From NCBI GenBank assembly GCA_963665665.1, contig OY762428.1, positions 640,001-704,000 of the forward strand: 64,000 bases of DNA. Direction: 5' to 3'. Positions 28,804 through 39,847 of this stretch are shown here, one piece after another. The number at the start of each line of letters is the position of its first letter. Position 1 is the first letter of the stretch. The position numbers and the translations under genes are program-made. Source of the stretch: Candidatus Kapaibacterium sp. GTDB lineage: Bacteria > Bacteroidota > Ignavibacteria > Kapaibacteriales > UBA2268. The notes below the pieces were generated by a model. That model saw nothing but the letters and a program-made list of their open reading frames with translations, was not told where the DNA came from and searched no databases.

Positions 28804-30045
28804 ATGAAAATAGAACATCTTATTCTTGTTGAACCTACCAGGTGGCATGATTACTATCCGTTTTCTGTTATGCATCCGGTTTGGGAAATACGGGTTGGAA
28901 TTTTAAGGCTTTTTGAAAAATTCGAAAAAACTTTTAACCCGGCCAATACAATTTTCTATGGCAGGAAAGAACATCTTGATTCCTTTATTGCCCGTGAAAA
29001 TGTGAAGATGGAAAAAATTGTGGAAGGAAATATTTTACTTCTCAATTCTGTAATTGTAGCAAATAGTCATCTAAAAAAACAGATTTCCGAGGCAATCGAA
29101 AAGAATCCAGGTGAGACATTGGTATTTAAACGCGGGGACAGGAAAATCGGTTTATATTCTCCACAGCAGATGTTGCTCCCACTTGAATGGGAATTAATAC
29201 AACCCAACGGGCTGCCTTTTGACGGAAAGGAAATTGAAATTGAAGCGGACAAAATTGAATATCTGCACGATGCAATCTTTGCCAACGGAAAAAATATTTT
29301 ATCAGATCTTGAGCTTTTGGGCCTGGATAATATTGATGCAAACACAGAATATACAGGCGCTCACCTCCTTGGAAAAGATAATATCTTTATTGGCGATAAC
29401 TGCAATATTATGCCAGGTACGGTTATTGATGCCACAGAAGGACCTGTAATAATTGCTAATAATGTTAAGGTATTTCCCCAGGCAACAATTATTGGCCCCT
29501 GCTATATTGGTGATAACTGCCTGATTAAAATTGGTGCAAAAATATACGAAGATACAAGTATAGGTAAATTCTGCAAGGTTGGCGGAGAAGTTGAGAATAC
29601 GATTTTTCATTCATATTCGAACAAACAGCACGACGGATTCCTCGGACATTCCTATATCGGAGAATGGGTTAACCTCGGGGCTGACACCAATAATTCCGAT
29701 TTGAAAAATACCTATAGTAATATCAGCCTACTTATTGAAGATGAAGAAATTGATACTGGCGGGATGTTTATGGGGCTGCTTTGCGGCGATCATACAAAAT
29801 CAGCAATAAATACATCATTTACTACCGGGACAGTGGCCGGAATTAGCGGAGTACTTGTTTACGAAGGTTTTCATCCACGGTTTATCCCTTCATTTAGTTG
29901 GGGAGGAAAGAAAAACTCTCCAATTTTCAGGCCAGCAAAAGCTATCGACATTGCAAGGAAAGTAATGAAACGCAGAAATAAGGAGCTCCTTCCCGAAGAA
30001 GAAATACTGATGAAAATGGAATACGACAGGATAAAAAATAAATGA
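28804..30045 (+). CDS. GlmU-like putative sugar nucleotidyltransferase/acetyltransferase (Bacteroidota-Chlorobi type)
   Basis: IRVGIL N-terminus, hexapeptide repeats, KVGGEVEN, NKQHDGFLGHSYIGEWVNLGADTNNSDLKN. Confidence 0.85.
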   Translation: MKIEHLILVEPTRWHDYYPFSVMHPVWEIRVGILRLFEKFEKTFNPANTIFYGRKEHLDSFIARENVKMEKIVEGNILLLNSVIVANSHLKKQISEAIEKNPGETLVFKRGDRKIGLYSPQQMLLPLEWELIQPNGLPFDGKEIEIEADKIEYLHDAIFANGKNILSDLELLGLDNIDANTEYTGAHLLGKDNIFIGDNCNIMPGTVIDATEGPVIIANNVKVFPQATIIGPCYIGDNCLIKIGAKIYEDTSIGKFCKVGGEVENTIFHSYSNKQHDGFLGHSYIGEWVNLGADTNNSDLKNTYSNISLLIEDEEIDTGGMFMGLLCGDHTKSAINTSFTTGTVAGISGVLVYEGFHPRFIPSFSWGGKKNSPIFRPAKAIDIARKVMKRRNKELLPEEEILMKMEYDRIKNK

Positions 30046-30635
30046 TGATTTTCAAAAATGGTTTAATTTCAATATTAATTTTATTATCAGTTTCGTGCGG
30101 CGAGGATAAACCGGAAAAATCTGAAATTTCCTTGCCACCGGCACCGGAAAATATCCAACGAGAAATAGCTGAACAGAGCAAAAGCCCGGTTCCTGAAAAT
30201 GTTAAGCCGATATTCCTTACAAAACAGCAGGAAACACAATACTTCGAACTGGCTAACTCACCTGCCGTCTCAGGGCTCAGGAAAAGACTTGACGAATACA
30301 TGGATAATCCCAAACCCTCTGAATGTATTGAAAAATCAGCAATAGATTCAACAATCAACAGCCAGAATGATGTATCAGGACTAAATGCTTTTAATAAAGA
30401 TTATTACAAAAGAAAATTCTTCGTAATTTCCCAGGATATAATTTCCGAGAACAAAGTGGCAATCACAATAGCTTTCCAGGGAAGAAGCGACAGAATATTT
30501 ACTGCTGTATTTTATCCCGGAAAAAACTGTGCAGTTCTCAGCAAATTTTCCGACAACGGTTTCGATAAAAATTCAATTAATAAATTTAACAAAATGTATG
30601 CGAAATACCTTGACGAACCGCGATATGGATTTTAG
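30042..30635 (+). CDS. Hypothetical lipoprotein
   Basis: Lipobox SVSC; coupled to the upstream gene. Confidence 0.7.
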   Translation: MMIFKNGLISILILLSVSCGEDKPEKSEISLPPAPENIQREIAEQSKSPVPENVKPIFLTKQQETQYFELANSPAVSGLRKRLDEYMDNPKPSECIEKSAIDSTINSQNDVSGLNAFNKDYYKRKFFVISQDIISENKVAITIAFQGRSDRIFTAVFYPGKNCAVLSKFSDNGFDKNSINKFNKMYAKYLDEPRYGF

Positions 30636-31497
30636 TATCACCCAGAAAATATTTGCGCGATGGTATCTTAGGATAATTGCGTTTTTACTTGTTTCACTTA
30701 CAATGCTGATTGGCCTTAGTTTCCTTAGTTTTCCAGGCAATAATGAGTATTTGTATTTATTCTCATCAATTTTCATTTCCTCGGCCATAATCGAAGCGAT
30801 GCGTCCAGGAGGTTTCTGGTATTCCTTCGGGTTTGGTATCGACCGCTTTACAGTCCGAAACTCCCTGACGGGATTAATATCCGGGCTGATTTGCGTATTT
30901 ATTGCAGGAATTTTTGCAGTTTCATTCGGTGGCGATTTCAGTTTCTATTCATTGCCTGATACTTATGATTTTATAAATTTTTCATTTGTAATACTTTTAG
31001 CTGCTGCCACCGAGGAAATTATTTTCAGGGGTATCGTCTTTCAGGCATTAATTGAGCGTTTCAATCCAATTGTAATAATTATTTTATCCAGTTTAGTTTT
31101 TTCAGCAGGACATGCACTGAACAATAATTTTTCAGATATGGCAATGATAAACATATTTCTGGCTAATATTACCCTTTCGTTTATGTATATCAGAACCGGG
31201 ACTTTATGGCTGCCCATAGCTTTCCATTTTTCCTGGAATTATTTCCAATACCTATTACTTGGGTCACCTGTCAGCGGAATAAGCTTCAGTGTGAATTTAT
31301 TCTATATGGATATTCAAAAAATGTCAGAATTATCAAAATTTATTTACGGTGAATATTTCGGTATTGAAGAAGGGCTTCTGACAACAATTTTTATGATAGT
31401 TATTATACCTGTTATAAATAAAATATCACAACTCTCGCCCTATGCAGAAAGCAACAGATTCAAAAAGAATTATTATGAATCAAATGTAATGGGTTAA
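30625..31497 (+). CDS. CPBP (CAAX/Abi) family intramembrane metalloprotease
   Basis: EEIIFRG, FSAGH, HFSWN motifs; multiple TM helices. Confidence 0.88.
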   Translation: MDFSITQKIFARWYLRIIAFLLVSLTMLIGLSFLSFPGNNEYLYLFSSIFISSAIIEAMRPGGFWYSFGFGIDRFTVRNSLTGLISGLICVFIAGIFAVSFGGDFSFYSLPDTYDFINFSFVILLAAATEEIIFRGIVFQALIERFNPIVIIILSSLVFSAGHALNNNFSDMAMINIFLANITLSFMYIRTGTLWLPIAFHFSWNYFQYLLLGSPVSGISFSVNLFYMDIQKMSELSKFIYGEYFGIEEGLLTTIFMIVIIPVINKISQLSPYAESNRFKKNYYESNVMG

Positions 31498-31677
31498 AAT
31501 AAAATTAAATATTGAGATAATTCTATAAGTCAAACCCGTTTTGATTAATCAACAAATATGATGAATTTCAACGTTTATTTTCTATAGATTTTTACTTAAA
31601 AACAAAATGATCAGTCCCACTGTTTGTATGAAATCTTAAAAAAATTTCCAGAATATTTCTGATATAATAAATAGCAA

Positions 31678-34600
31678 TTATTCAACAATTAGCTTTTCAT
31701 AATAAATGCAGGTATCAGTTTTAAGAACAATGATATATAGTCCCGGCTGCAAATCTTCAACATCCAATTCAATTTTGCCTTTGCTTGAAACTTTACTGGA
31801 TAAAATGAGCTTTCCCTGAGCTGAAAAGATGTCAATTATTCCCGGATTGCTAATATCAGCACTTAGTTTTATCTCAACTTTACTGCTGGCAGGATTTGGA
31901 TAGATGTATATCCCTGGCATTTTGAATGTGGTAATATTCCTGAGATTACCGATACAAATTTCCTCAACTTCGATTACTGCGTCGGCTGTTGTTGCAGACA
32001 AGTCAGGATCGTTCCATTCAAAGCTGATTATTTTTAAATCACATTTACGAATATCAGAAAGGAGCAGACTGCCTATAAGTTCGGCTATTACCTGTTCACC
32101 CATACCAACACAAAGATTGTTGCCTGTGAAAGATATAATCCTATCTCTGCCAAGTCTTTCGTCGCTTACTATCGTTGCGTTTTCGATAGCCTCAAGATGA
32201 TAAAGAAATGCATCAAAGCTGATCACGGCAGTAAAAGACAAGCCTTCAAGTATTTCATTTGAATTTGATTTCAGATATAGCGGTATCCGAAAATTCATAT
32301 CGCCAATAACTCCGATTGTATCGTGGAATGAAATCAGAATATCCTGCTTTACAACACCGACAGTTTTTATTGTGTCCCGGTATTCGCAGTCAGGCCCTGA
32401 GAATTTAATAAATATCTCATCGTTATATGTTCCGGCAAAAGCTGAGAATAGTGATATGTCAATGGTTTTTGAACTACCGGGCAAAATTGTTTCGCCAGTC
32501 AAATCAGGAGATATTAAAAATCCTGTGCCATCTTTCAAGTATATCTCTTCGATTGTGATATTATTCATGCCGGTATTTTCAATTACTATCTGACTATTGC
32601 CGGTTTCATTGATTTCGGATAAAAGGCTTACCGATTTCGGGATATTATATTCAATTGTAATCTTTTCGCCAGTCAGGTCTGTGATAAATTCCTGCTCTGA
32701 ATTATCAACAAGCAGTTTGTTTTTTACAATGGCAGATTTCATCCCGATTTCTACATTTCCAGGTGAAAAAATTATTTTTTCAATAAATGAACTATCCGGA
32801 TCAATTTTGATATTTTCATAGATTTCTGCAAAAGTAAAAAGCTCTTTGTCCGGGCCGCTTATCCCGCCTGAAATCAGGGTAACAGGCAGATTTCCGGTAT
32901 TTTTAATCTCAATATCCATTGTTTGGGTTTTGCAGAATTCTGCCTTGCCAAAATTGCAAAGCGAAGTGAGTTCCAACGAAGATTTAATACCAGAGGCATC
33001 AATATTGAATTGTACTGTGTCCGGACATGGTGCTTCTACTATTATTCTCGGAGAAATAGTATGGGCTTTGGCTTCATCAAGATTTATTTTTACTTCTATC
33101 TCGAAATCCTGGCCAGCAGGAATTATAAATGATTGTGGCTGAATATCAATCCAGTCCCCGTTCTCTTCAATAGCTGAAATTTTTATGTCAAAACTGTTGT
33201 TATTGACAAGAATACACTTAAGCGTGGAATCAGTATTTATGGCAATATCACCAAAGTGAATATCACTAACTGAAAGATTTACAGATTCGGATTCACCTGT
33301 CAGGCTTGAAGAAACAAATTCAATATCGGTATTGTCGGTCTTTATTCTCAACTCACCGGTTTTCAGGCCGTCCGGAGGGGTTGGATTAAAACTGATAATG
33401 TATCTGGCTGTATCAAGCAAATCTAACCTTGTGCCGGCGGCTACTCCGTCAATCAAACTAAAATCGCTGTTATTGGTTAGTACTCCTTCACTGAGAAGAG
33501 TTATAACTTTACTCGCGTAATTTACAATAAGAATCGTATCGATTGTAGTTTTGCAGGAAGCAATCATTCCGAAATCTATATCATTTGCTTTCAAATCGTA
33601 TTTAAGCCCCGAAACATGGAGATTTACAAAGCCCGTGGCCGGACATGCACCTTCCGTCTTAAGTGTTTCAACTGAAAGCGTATCAAAATATTCTTCTTCT
33701 TCGCTAAGATTAAGTGTTATTGTTACTGCAATACTGTCGCCGGGATGCAGCAAAGCGGGAATTTCGGGAATAGTTTCTTTAAGTACGAATGGGGTATCAA
33801 AATCAGTCAGGCTGTTAATGTAGATATCAGTTTCGCCGGAATTGTAAATAGTAAAATCCATTTCCGGTTTTTGTCCGGTTTTAACATAGTCAAAATCAAT
33901 ATCATTGCTGACTGTCATTTTTGATTCAACAACCTCCGCTATTATCATCAGAGAGTCGATTATTGTTTCATCCTGCTCGCAAATAATATACATCATTGTT
34001 TCAATTAAGCCTGGCGAATCGGGTATCAATGAAATATTTAGCCCGAGAGTATCATTCCAATGAAGAGTATTTCCGCGAAGATATTCAGCGCTGAATTGTT
34101 CCGAATCTTCAAAATCAGGATCATTCAGCTTAATATCATAATCCGAGTAATTTCTGATTGTAATAAATTTTGTTCCTGTTTCACCGAGGCATAATCTTCC
34201 CATATTAAGTGTATCTATCGGATTAGAGCCGCTACTGTCGGAAATATCATAGGCTATTTCATTAACAAGGAATTTGGCAGTAAACGGAGGATAATAAAAT
34301 TTCCGGTTATTTGAATCTTTCCACCTGTATCCCGAAACATAAATTATATTTGGAGCGCAAAATTGTATTTGGCTGTAAATTTCATTATATGGCAATGTAT
34401 CGACATAGGCCCATTTTTCATTTCCGTCTTTATCCAATTTCAATATAAAAGACATATCATATTCTTTACCGCTAATATCGGAATCAATGAAACCGCATGT
34501 ATAGCTTGAATTTCTTTCATCAAAACAAATCTGATCGTCCTTTCTGTTCCATCTGAATAAATTCGAGGAATGCCCGGGCTTGTATTCCGAATTCAAATTA

Positions 34601-35427
34601 TATTCAAAAATTTGATCGCAATTATTTGAAAATTTCTTCAAACTTTCAGAAGGATATTGAAATGTGAAATAATACAAATCATCATCATTGTCCGAAAAGA
34701 TTGTAGCCGGAAAATCGGGTAATGTTTTTGCAGAAATGTGATCGCCGTTTTCGCCCGAATATTTTATTACTTCAAAATCACCGTTCTTTTTTTTACAATA
34801 AAGCAAACAGTCGTCGTCGGAATTAATACCGAGTTGCACTTGCTCGAATAAAAAGTTTTCGAGATAAATTTCCCATTGCAACGAACCGTTGTTATTATAC
34901 TTAGTAATGTATAAATCATTGCTTTCGTAACTTAGTTTATTTATCAGAAAAAAATTCCCTATACTGTCGAAAACAATAAAATCATTTTTAAAATTTATGT
35001 AAGCGAATTCATCCTGTATAGGAACCTGCCATAAATATTCACCTTCCGAATTGAATTTAAACAGAGTATCAAATTTGAAAATGAATATATTGTCGAATGG
35101 ATCAGCTTCAATATCCCATTCCGGGTAATCTGAGCTTCCGGGTTCAAAACTCCACCGGTTAGTCCATTTTTTTCTCCATAATTCATTTCCGTTTTTGTCC
35201 AATTTGAGCAATCGGAGCGTAAATTCACTTGGATGCATTACATGATCAAGAACTTCAATTTTATACAGGCAGGCCTTAGAATCAGTGCATACATCAGTTT
35301 TGTAAGCATTGAAAAGAACCTCGGTATCAACTTCCCATTCTTTCGTTATCAAACGCCTTGCATCAGGCTGTGAATAAAGATTATTTAACGATAATATAAA
35401 AAAAAGGCAGAAAATGATAGGGCGCAT
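31678..35427 (-). CDS. Diverged fifth paralog: beta-propeller-like head + Ig-repeat stalk + T9SS CTD
   Basis: Stalk colinear with the 1649/5402/9385 genes (WNDTLG, IETMMYI.C, DGLKTGELRIKTD, IQPQSFIIPAG, LLLSDIR.C, VEEICIG). Confidence 0.88.
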   Translation of the reverse strand: MRPIIFCLFFILSLNNLYSQPDARRLITKEWEVDTEVLFNAYKTDVCTDSKACLYKIEVLDHVMHPSEFTLRLLKLDKNGNELWRKKWTNRWSFEPGSSDYPEWDIEADPFDNIFIFKFDTLFKFNSEGEYLWQVPIQDEFAYINFKNDFIVFDSIGNFFLINKLSYESNDLYITKYNNNGSLQWEIYLENFLFEQVQLGINSDDDCLLYCKKKNGDFEVIKYSGENGDHISAKTLPDFPATIFSDNDDDLYYFTFQYPSESLKKFSNNCDQIFEYNLNSEYKPGHSSNLFRWNRKDDQICFDERNSSYTCGFIDSDISGKEYDMSFILKLDKDGNEKWAYVDTLPYNEIYSQIQFCAPNIIYVSGYRWKDSNNRKFYYPPFTAKFLVNEIAYDISDSSGSNPIDTLNMGRLCLGETGTKFITIRNYSDYDIKLNDPDFEDSEQFSAEYLRGNTLHWNDTLGLNISLIPDSPGLIETMMYIICEQDETIIDSLMIIAEVVESKMTVSNDIDFDYVKTGQKPEMDFTIYNSGETDIYINSLTDFDTPFVLKETIPEIPALLHPGDSIAVTITLNLSEEEEYFDTLSVETLKTEGACPATGFVNLHVSGLKYDLKANDIDFGMIASCKTTIDTILIVNYASKVITLLSEGVLTNNSDFSLIDGVAAGTRLDLLDTARYIISFNPTPPDGLKTGELRIKTDNTDIEFVSSSLTGESESVNLSVSDIHFGDIAINTDSTLKCILVNNNSFDIKISAIEENGDWIDIQPQSFIIPAGQDFEIEVKINLDEAKAHTISPRIIVEAPCPDTVQFNIDASGIKSSLELTSLCNFGKAEFCKTQTMDIEIKNTGNLPVTLISGGISGPDKELFTFAEIYENIKIDPDSSFIEKIIFSPGNVEIGMKSAIVKNKLLVDNSEQEFITDLTGEKITIEYNIPKSVSLLSEINETGNSQIVIENTGMNNITIEEIYLKDGTGFLISPDLTGETILPGSSKTIDISLFSAFAGTYNDEIFIKFSGPDCEYRDTIKTVGVVKQDILISFHDTIGVIGDMNFRIPLYLKSNSNEILEGLSFTAVISFDAFLYHLEAIENATIVSDERLGRDRIISFTGNNLCVGMGEQVIAELIGSLLLSDIRKCDLKIISFEWNDPDLSATTADAVIEVEEICIGNLRNITTFKMPGIYIYPNPASSKVEIKLSADISNPGIIDIFSAQGKLILSSKVSSKGKIELDVEDLQPGLYIIVLKTDTCIYYEKLIVE

Positions 35428-36008
35428 GGTGTTTCCTCATAAAAAATCACAATCAATAGTTTTTCGAAATAATCTATGGAACAGTTTGATAACTGAATCT
35501 TTTTACAACATAATTCAACTGATTTACACACAATTCCTGAATATTTCAGTAATAATAACAGGAGAAAAGGAGTTTTGTTTCAAGAAAAACAATTTTTTTT
35601 TAATTATAATATTTTGATCATTTTTTGCATTTTATTTACAAGTTATTGAAAGAAAACACCTTGCTGAACGACAAAAACACACAACGATTACAGATGGTGA
35701 AATATTCTTGGTTTTTCGCATTTTTTTTCTTTGAAATTCAATCAATTTTTTTATATTTTTCGTTAGAACCTGAACTGACACTTTGATTATATCAGGATTA
35801 ATAAAAAACGGAAAATCAGGTTTAACCCAACCGGAAGAATATATAAGACAGAATATTTTGAAAGAATAAATTTATTGATTTATGATTCGGGGATCATATT
35901 TTTCAATACATAAACTGTAATTAAATATGCTTATAATTTCAAATTTCTATTTTTATTTAATCCCTTTTTGTAAAAACCAAATTTTCAACTTTTCACGAAA
36001 GGTTACCG

Positions 36009-37280
36009 ATGAAACTCAAAGAAAAACTTGCACAAAAATTTGAAGCGGAAAAAGCTGACATCGCTGCGTTCGTTAAGGAAAAAGGCGACAAAGAAGTATC
36101 AAAAGTAACTCTGGCACAGGCTTATGGCGGTTTGCGCGGAGTAAAAGGACTTGTTTGCGATACATCTGAAGTTCCGCCGGACAAAGGCCTAATTATTCGC
36201 GGTATTCCGCTGGCAGACCTGTTCGACAAACTTCCGGAAGAAATTTTCTATCTTCTTCTAACAGGAGACCTCCCCAACGATGAAGAATTGAAAGAGCTTC
36301 AGGACGAACTGAAAGCACGCGAAAATGTACCCGAATATGTATGGAATGTTCTCGATTCAATGCCGGCAGATTCACACCCTATGGCAATGTTCAATACCGG
36401 TATCCTCGTTATGCAGCACGAATCAGAATTTGCAAAAAAATATGCTGAAGGCATGGCAAAACCTGATTACTGGCATCCCACATTTGAAGATGCTCTCAAT
36501 CTGATTGCAAAACTTCCGGCAATTGCAGCTTATGTTTATCGCAAACGCTTCAATAAAGGCCCGAGGATCGAAACAGATAAAAACGCTGACTGGGGCAAGA
36601 ACTATGTTCACATGCTTGGCCTTGGCGACCCGAATGGCGAATTCACTAAACTGATGAGATTATACCTTACTCTCCATTGCGATCACGAAGGTGGTAACGT
36701 GAGCGCCTATTCAGCAGCTACAATCAATTCAGCTCTTTCAGATCTCTATTATTCAGTATCAGGCGGCCTGAACGGACTTGCAGGCCCTCTTCACGGCCTT
36801 GCAAACCAGGAATGCCTGAAATGGGTACTCGAAACAATGGATAAATTCGGTGGCTCACCGACTAAAGAAGAACTCGAAAAATTCACATGGGATACTCTCA
36901 ATGCCGGTAAAGTTGTTCCTGGCTACGGGCATGCCGTGCTCAGGGTTACTGACCCGCGCTTCACGGCCTTTATTGGCTTCGGCAGGGAAAATTGCATGGA
37001 TGATCCCGTTGTTCAGACAGTTTCAAGAGTATTTGAAGTTGTTCCTGAAGTTCTCAAACAGATCAAGAAAATCAAGAATCCATGGCCAAATGTTGACGCA
37101 GGTTCAGGCGCTCTTCTTTATCACTATGGCCTTAAAGAATTCAGCTATTACACAGTACTCTTCAGCGTATCCCGTACTCTTGGTATTGCTTCACAGGCAA
37201 TCGTGGCACGTGCAATGGGCTATGCTATTACAAGGCCGAAATCACTGCCTACAGGTAAATTTAAAGAAATGGTAGGCTGA
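36009..37280 (+). CDS. gltA: Citrate (Si)-synthase, eukaryote-like dimeric type
   Basis: DHEGGNVSA, LNGLAGPLHGLANQE, VVPGYGHAVLR, NPWPNVDA. Confidence 0.93.
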   Translation: MKLKEKLAQKFEAEKADIAAFVKEKGDKEVSKVTLAQAYGGLRGVKGLVCDTSEVPPDKGLIIRGIPLADLFDKLPEEIFYLLLTGDLPNDEELKELQDELKARENVPEYVWNVLDSMPADSHPMAMFNTGILVMQHESEFAKKYAEGMAKPDYWHPTFEDALNLIAKLPAIAAYVYRKRFNKGPRIETDKNADWGKNYVHMLGLGDPNGEFTKLMRLYLTLHCDHEGGNVSAYSAATINSALSDLYYSVSGGLNGLAGPLHGLANQECLKWVLETMDKFGGSPTKEELEKFTWDTLNAGKVVPGYGHAVLRVTDPRFTAFIGFGRENCMDDPVVQTVSRVFEVVPEVLKQIKKIKNPWPNVDAGSGALLYHYGLKEFSYYTVLFSVSRTLGIASQAIVARAMGYAITRPKSLPTGKFKEMVG

Positions 37281-37401
37281 TTTCTCAATATGATCTATTA
37301 ATCTTAGATTGAATATTCCTATATGCCGGCATGAGTATTTTTTACAAATTACAATTGCCGGCTTTATAAACCCAAGTTTTTGAAAATATTTGGAGTAATA
37401 A

Positions 37402-38337
37402 ATGAAAATAACAGTTATCGGCGCAGGAAATGTTGGCGCTACAACTGCTCAGCTTCTTGCCAATGACGAACTGGCAAAAGAAATATACGTAGTTGATATT
37501 CTTGACGGTATTCCCGAAGGTAAAGCACTTGATATGTACGAATCAATGCCAATCAGGGAATCAGATTCAACTATCTTCGGTACCAGTAATTATGAGCTTA
37601 CTAAAGATTCAGATATAGTTATCCAGACAGCCGGCCTTGCCAGAAAACCAGGTATGAGCCGCGATGACCTTCTGGTAAAAAATGCTCAGATCGTTTCTTC
37701 ATGCGTTGAGAATGCCTACAAGTATTCACCTAATGCATACTTTATTGTTGTATCCAACCCTCTGGATGTGATGACTTATGTAGCCCTGAAAAAAACAGGC
37801 CTGCCGAGAGAAAGAGTATTCGGTATGGCAGGTATTCTTGATACAGCACGCTACCGTTCATTCATTTCGATGGAACTCGGCGTTTCAATGCAGGATATTC
37901 AGGCATTGATACTTGGCGGACACGGCGACACAATGGTTCCGCTGCCAAGGTTCACAACAGTAGCAGGTATGCCTGTTACAGACCTTATCGACAAAGAAAA
38001 ACTCGATGCTATCGTTGCCCGTACAGCCGGCGGCGGCGGCGAGATTGTTAAATATCTGAAAACAGGTTCTGCATACTATGCTCCTGCATCGGCAGCAGTT
38101 CAGATGGTTGAATCCATGGTTAAAGACCAGAAGAGGATTCTCCCCTGCTCGGTACTTCTACAGGGCGAATACGGATATAACGACCTCGTACTTGGCGTTC
38201 CTGCAATGCTTGGTAAAGATGGTATGGAAAAAGTGTTTGAACTGAATTTGAACGACGAAGAAAAAGCTCTTCTCGACAAATCTGCACAGCACGTTGTTAA
38301 AACAAATAAAGAAGCTATGGATTTGATTAATAAATAA
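37402..38337 (+). CDS. mdh: Malate dehydrogenase (LDH-like)
   Basis: GAGNVG, ARKPGMSRDDL, SNPLD, LDTARYR, GGHGD, GSAYYAP. Confidence 0.95.
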   Translation: MKITVIGAGNVGATTAQLLANDELAKEIYVVDILDGIPEGKALDMYESMPIRESDSTIFGTSNYELTKDSDIVIQTAGLARKPGMSRDDLLVKNAQIVSSCVENAYKYSPNAYFIVVSNPLDVMTYVALKKTGLPRERVFGMAGILDTARYRSFISMELGVSMQDIQALILGGHGDTMVPLPRFTTVAGMPVTDLIDKEKLDAIVARTAGGGGEIVKYLKTGSAYYAPASAAVQMVESMVKDQKRILPCSVLLQGEYGYNDLVLGVPAMLGKDGMEKVFELNLNDEEKALLDKSAQHVVKTNKEAMDLINK

Positions 38338-38369
38338 TCCTGAAAAACTCCTTAATGATAGAGCCCCGT

Positions 38370-39632
38370 TCAACGATTTTGTTGTCGGGGCTTGATTTTT
38401 GCGGTAAATACAGCATATAGTATCATTAGGATAAATTCGCCACCTGTATATACAAAAGCCGCCCCTGTTGCACCATAAACAGGAACAATTATCAGAGCTG
38501 CAACCAATATCAGGCTTGATGAGATTATCATCGATGGTATGATGGAATTTTCCCTTTTATTTGCCAGCAGATAGGATTCAAGAGTAAGGCTTATCATAAC
38601 AGGTATAAATGACCAGGAAAGTATTCTCAGAACGGGTATTGCCGACTCGAACCTGAATGTAAGCATCATAAAAGGCTCGGCAAGCAAGGTTAAAATCAAA
38701 CTTACTGCCAAACCAATCAACAATGAAATCAGAACTGACAATAATAATCTGAAATCTCCCTCACCCTGTTTTCTCGACGAAAATTCCGGCAACAGTGTAT
38801 TCAAAATGGCTCCGGGAATTATCCTCAGGAAAGTAATGAACCTTTGTGCCGCAGAATATTCACCGAGAATCGATTTTGTTCCTGCCCATCCAACGGCGAG
38901 CATTGCTGATCTGAATTGCCATACACTTAAAAAGTTAACGCTTATCAACGGCAGCTGTGATTTGAATGATTTCCTTATTTTTATCAAAGAAGCAGTAGAT
39001 AGCGCAAATCTCCAATTTCGAATATATAATGGAATAGATATTCCTGTTGATTTCTCAAGATAATTCCAAAACATGATTGACTTTAGTATTTCTATACATG
39101 GAAAAAAAATGAAGATAGAAAACATCTCCGGCTTGCCAAAATAAAGAAGTGTAATAAGTATAGCATACATCATCATATTCAGGCCGGCATCAATTTTTGC
39201 AATTATCCCCATACGCCCGAGGCCGCGTAAAACTGATTTATATGTTGATCCCATTGATAAGGGAATTACATAAATTAAAAGAATAATATAATCAAACCCT
39301 CCAATAGATAAATATCCGAAAACGGCAAATGGTACGAATGAAATCAGCCATATCGAATTTTTTACTAACTGTGCTTCCTCTATAAGATTGTATACATTTT
39401 CGTGGTTTTCGGCTGTCTCCCTCGGTATCCTCAGGTCATACCCGGATTCAGTAATCGTCCTTAACATGGTTGCCATTACAAATGAAAGCGAATAAACCCC
39501 AAAAAATTCCTTGCCGTAAAGCCTGCCAAGAATTATCGAGAAAACAACCGATAATATCAAACCGGCAGAATCGGCTGTCAGCAATGCTCCGGCAGATTTA
39601 AACAGCTTAAGGATAAATTCTTTTTTTGACAT
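38370..39632 (-). CDS. Oligosaccharide flippase (Wzx/MOP family)
   Basis: About 12 TM; ILGRLYGKEFFGVYS; GEYSAAQR; PVYGATGAA. Confidence 0.8.
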   Translation of the reverse strand: MSKKEFILKLFKSAGALLTADSAGLILSVVFSIILGRLYGKEFFGVYSLSFVMATMLRTITESGYDLRIPRETAENHENVYNLIEEAQLVKNSIWLISFVPFAVFGYLSIGGFDYIILLIYVIPLSMGSTYKSVLRGLGRMGIIAKIDAGLNMMMYAILITLLYFGKPEMFSIFIFFPCIEILKSIMFWNYLEKSTGISIPLYIRNWRFALSTASLIKIRKSFKSQLPLISVNFLSVWQFRSAMLAVGWAGTKSILGEYSAAQRFITFLRIIPGAILNTLLPEFSSRKQGEGDFRLLLSVLISLLIGLAVSLILTLLAEPFMMLTFRFESAIPVLRILSWSFIPVMISLTLESYLLANKRENSIIPSMIISSSLILVAALIIVPVYGATGAAFVYTGGEFILMILYAVFTAKIKPRQQNR

Positions 39633-39847
39633 AATTTATAACGACAATTCTATGAGAATAAAACAGAACAACGATATACTAAATCAGCTCCGGCAAGTTA
39701 CTAAGGCAATTTTACATTACAAAGAAAAACATCGGAAATCGTCAAATTTGTCAGAAAATGAAACGTTACAACTAAAAATGTGTAACTAAAACACAATTTG
39801 ACTTGTTATCTAAATGTGCTTAAAAATGAAATTGAATCAGGAATAGA

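Noticed and set aside
35430-36008. ncRNA or riboswitch in the long divergent intergenic region
   Set aside because: AT-rich, with no stable hairpins or recognisable motif; no tRNA or rRNA seen anywhere in the window.
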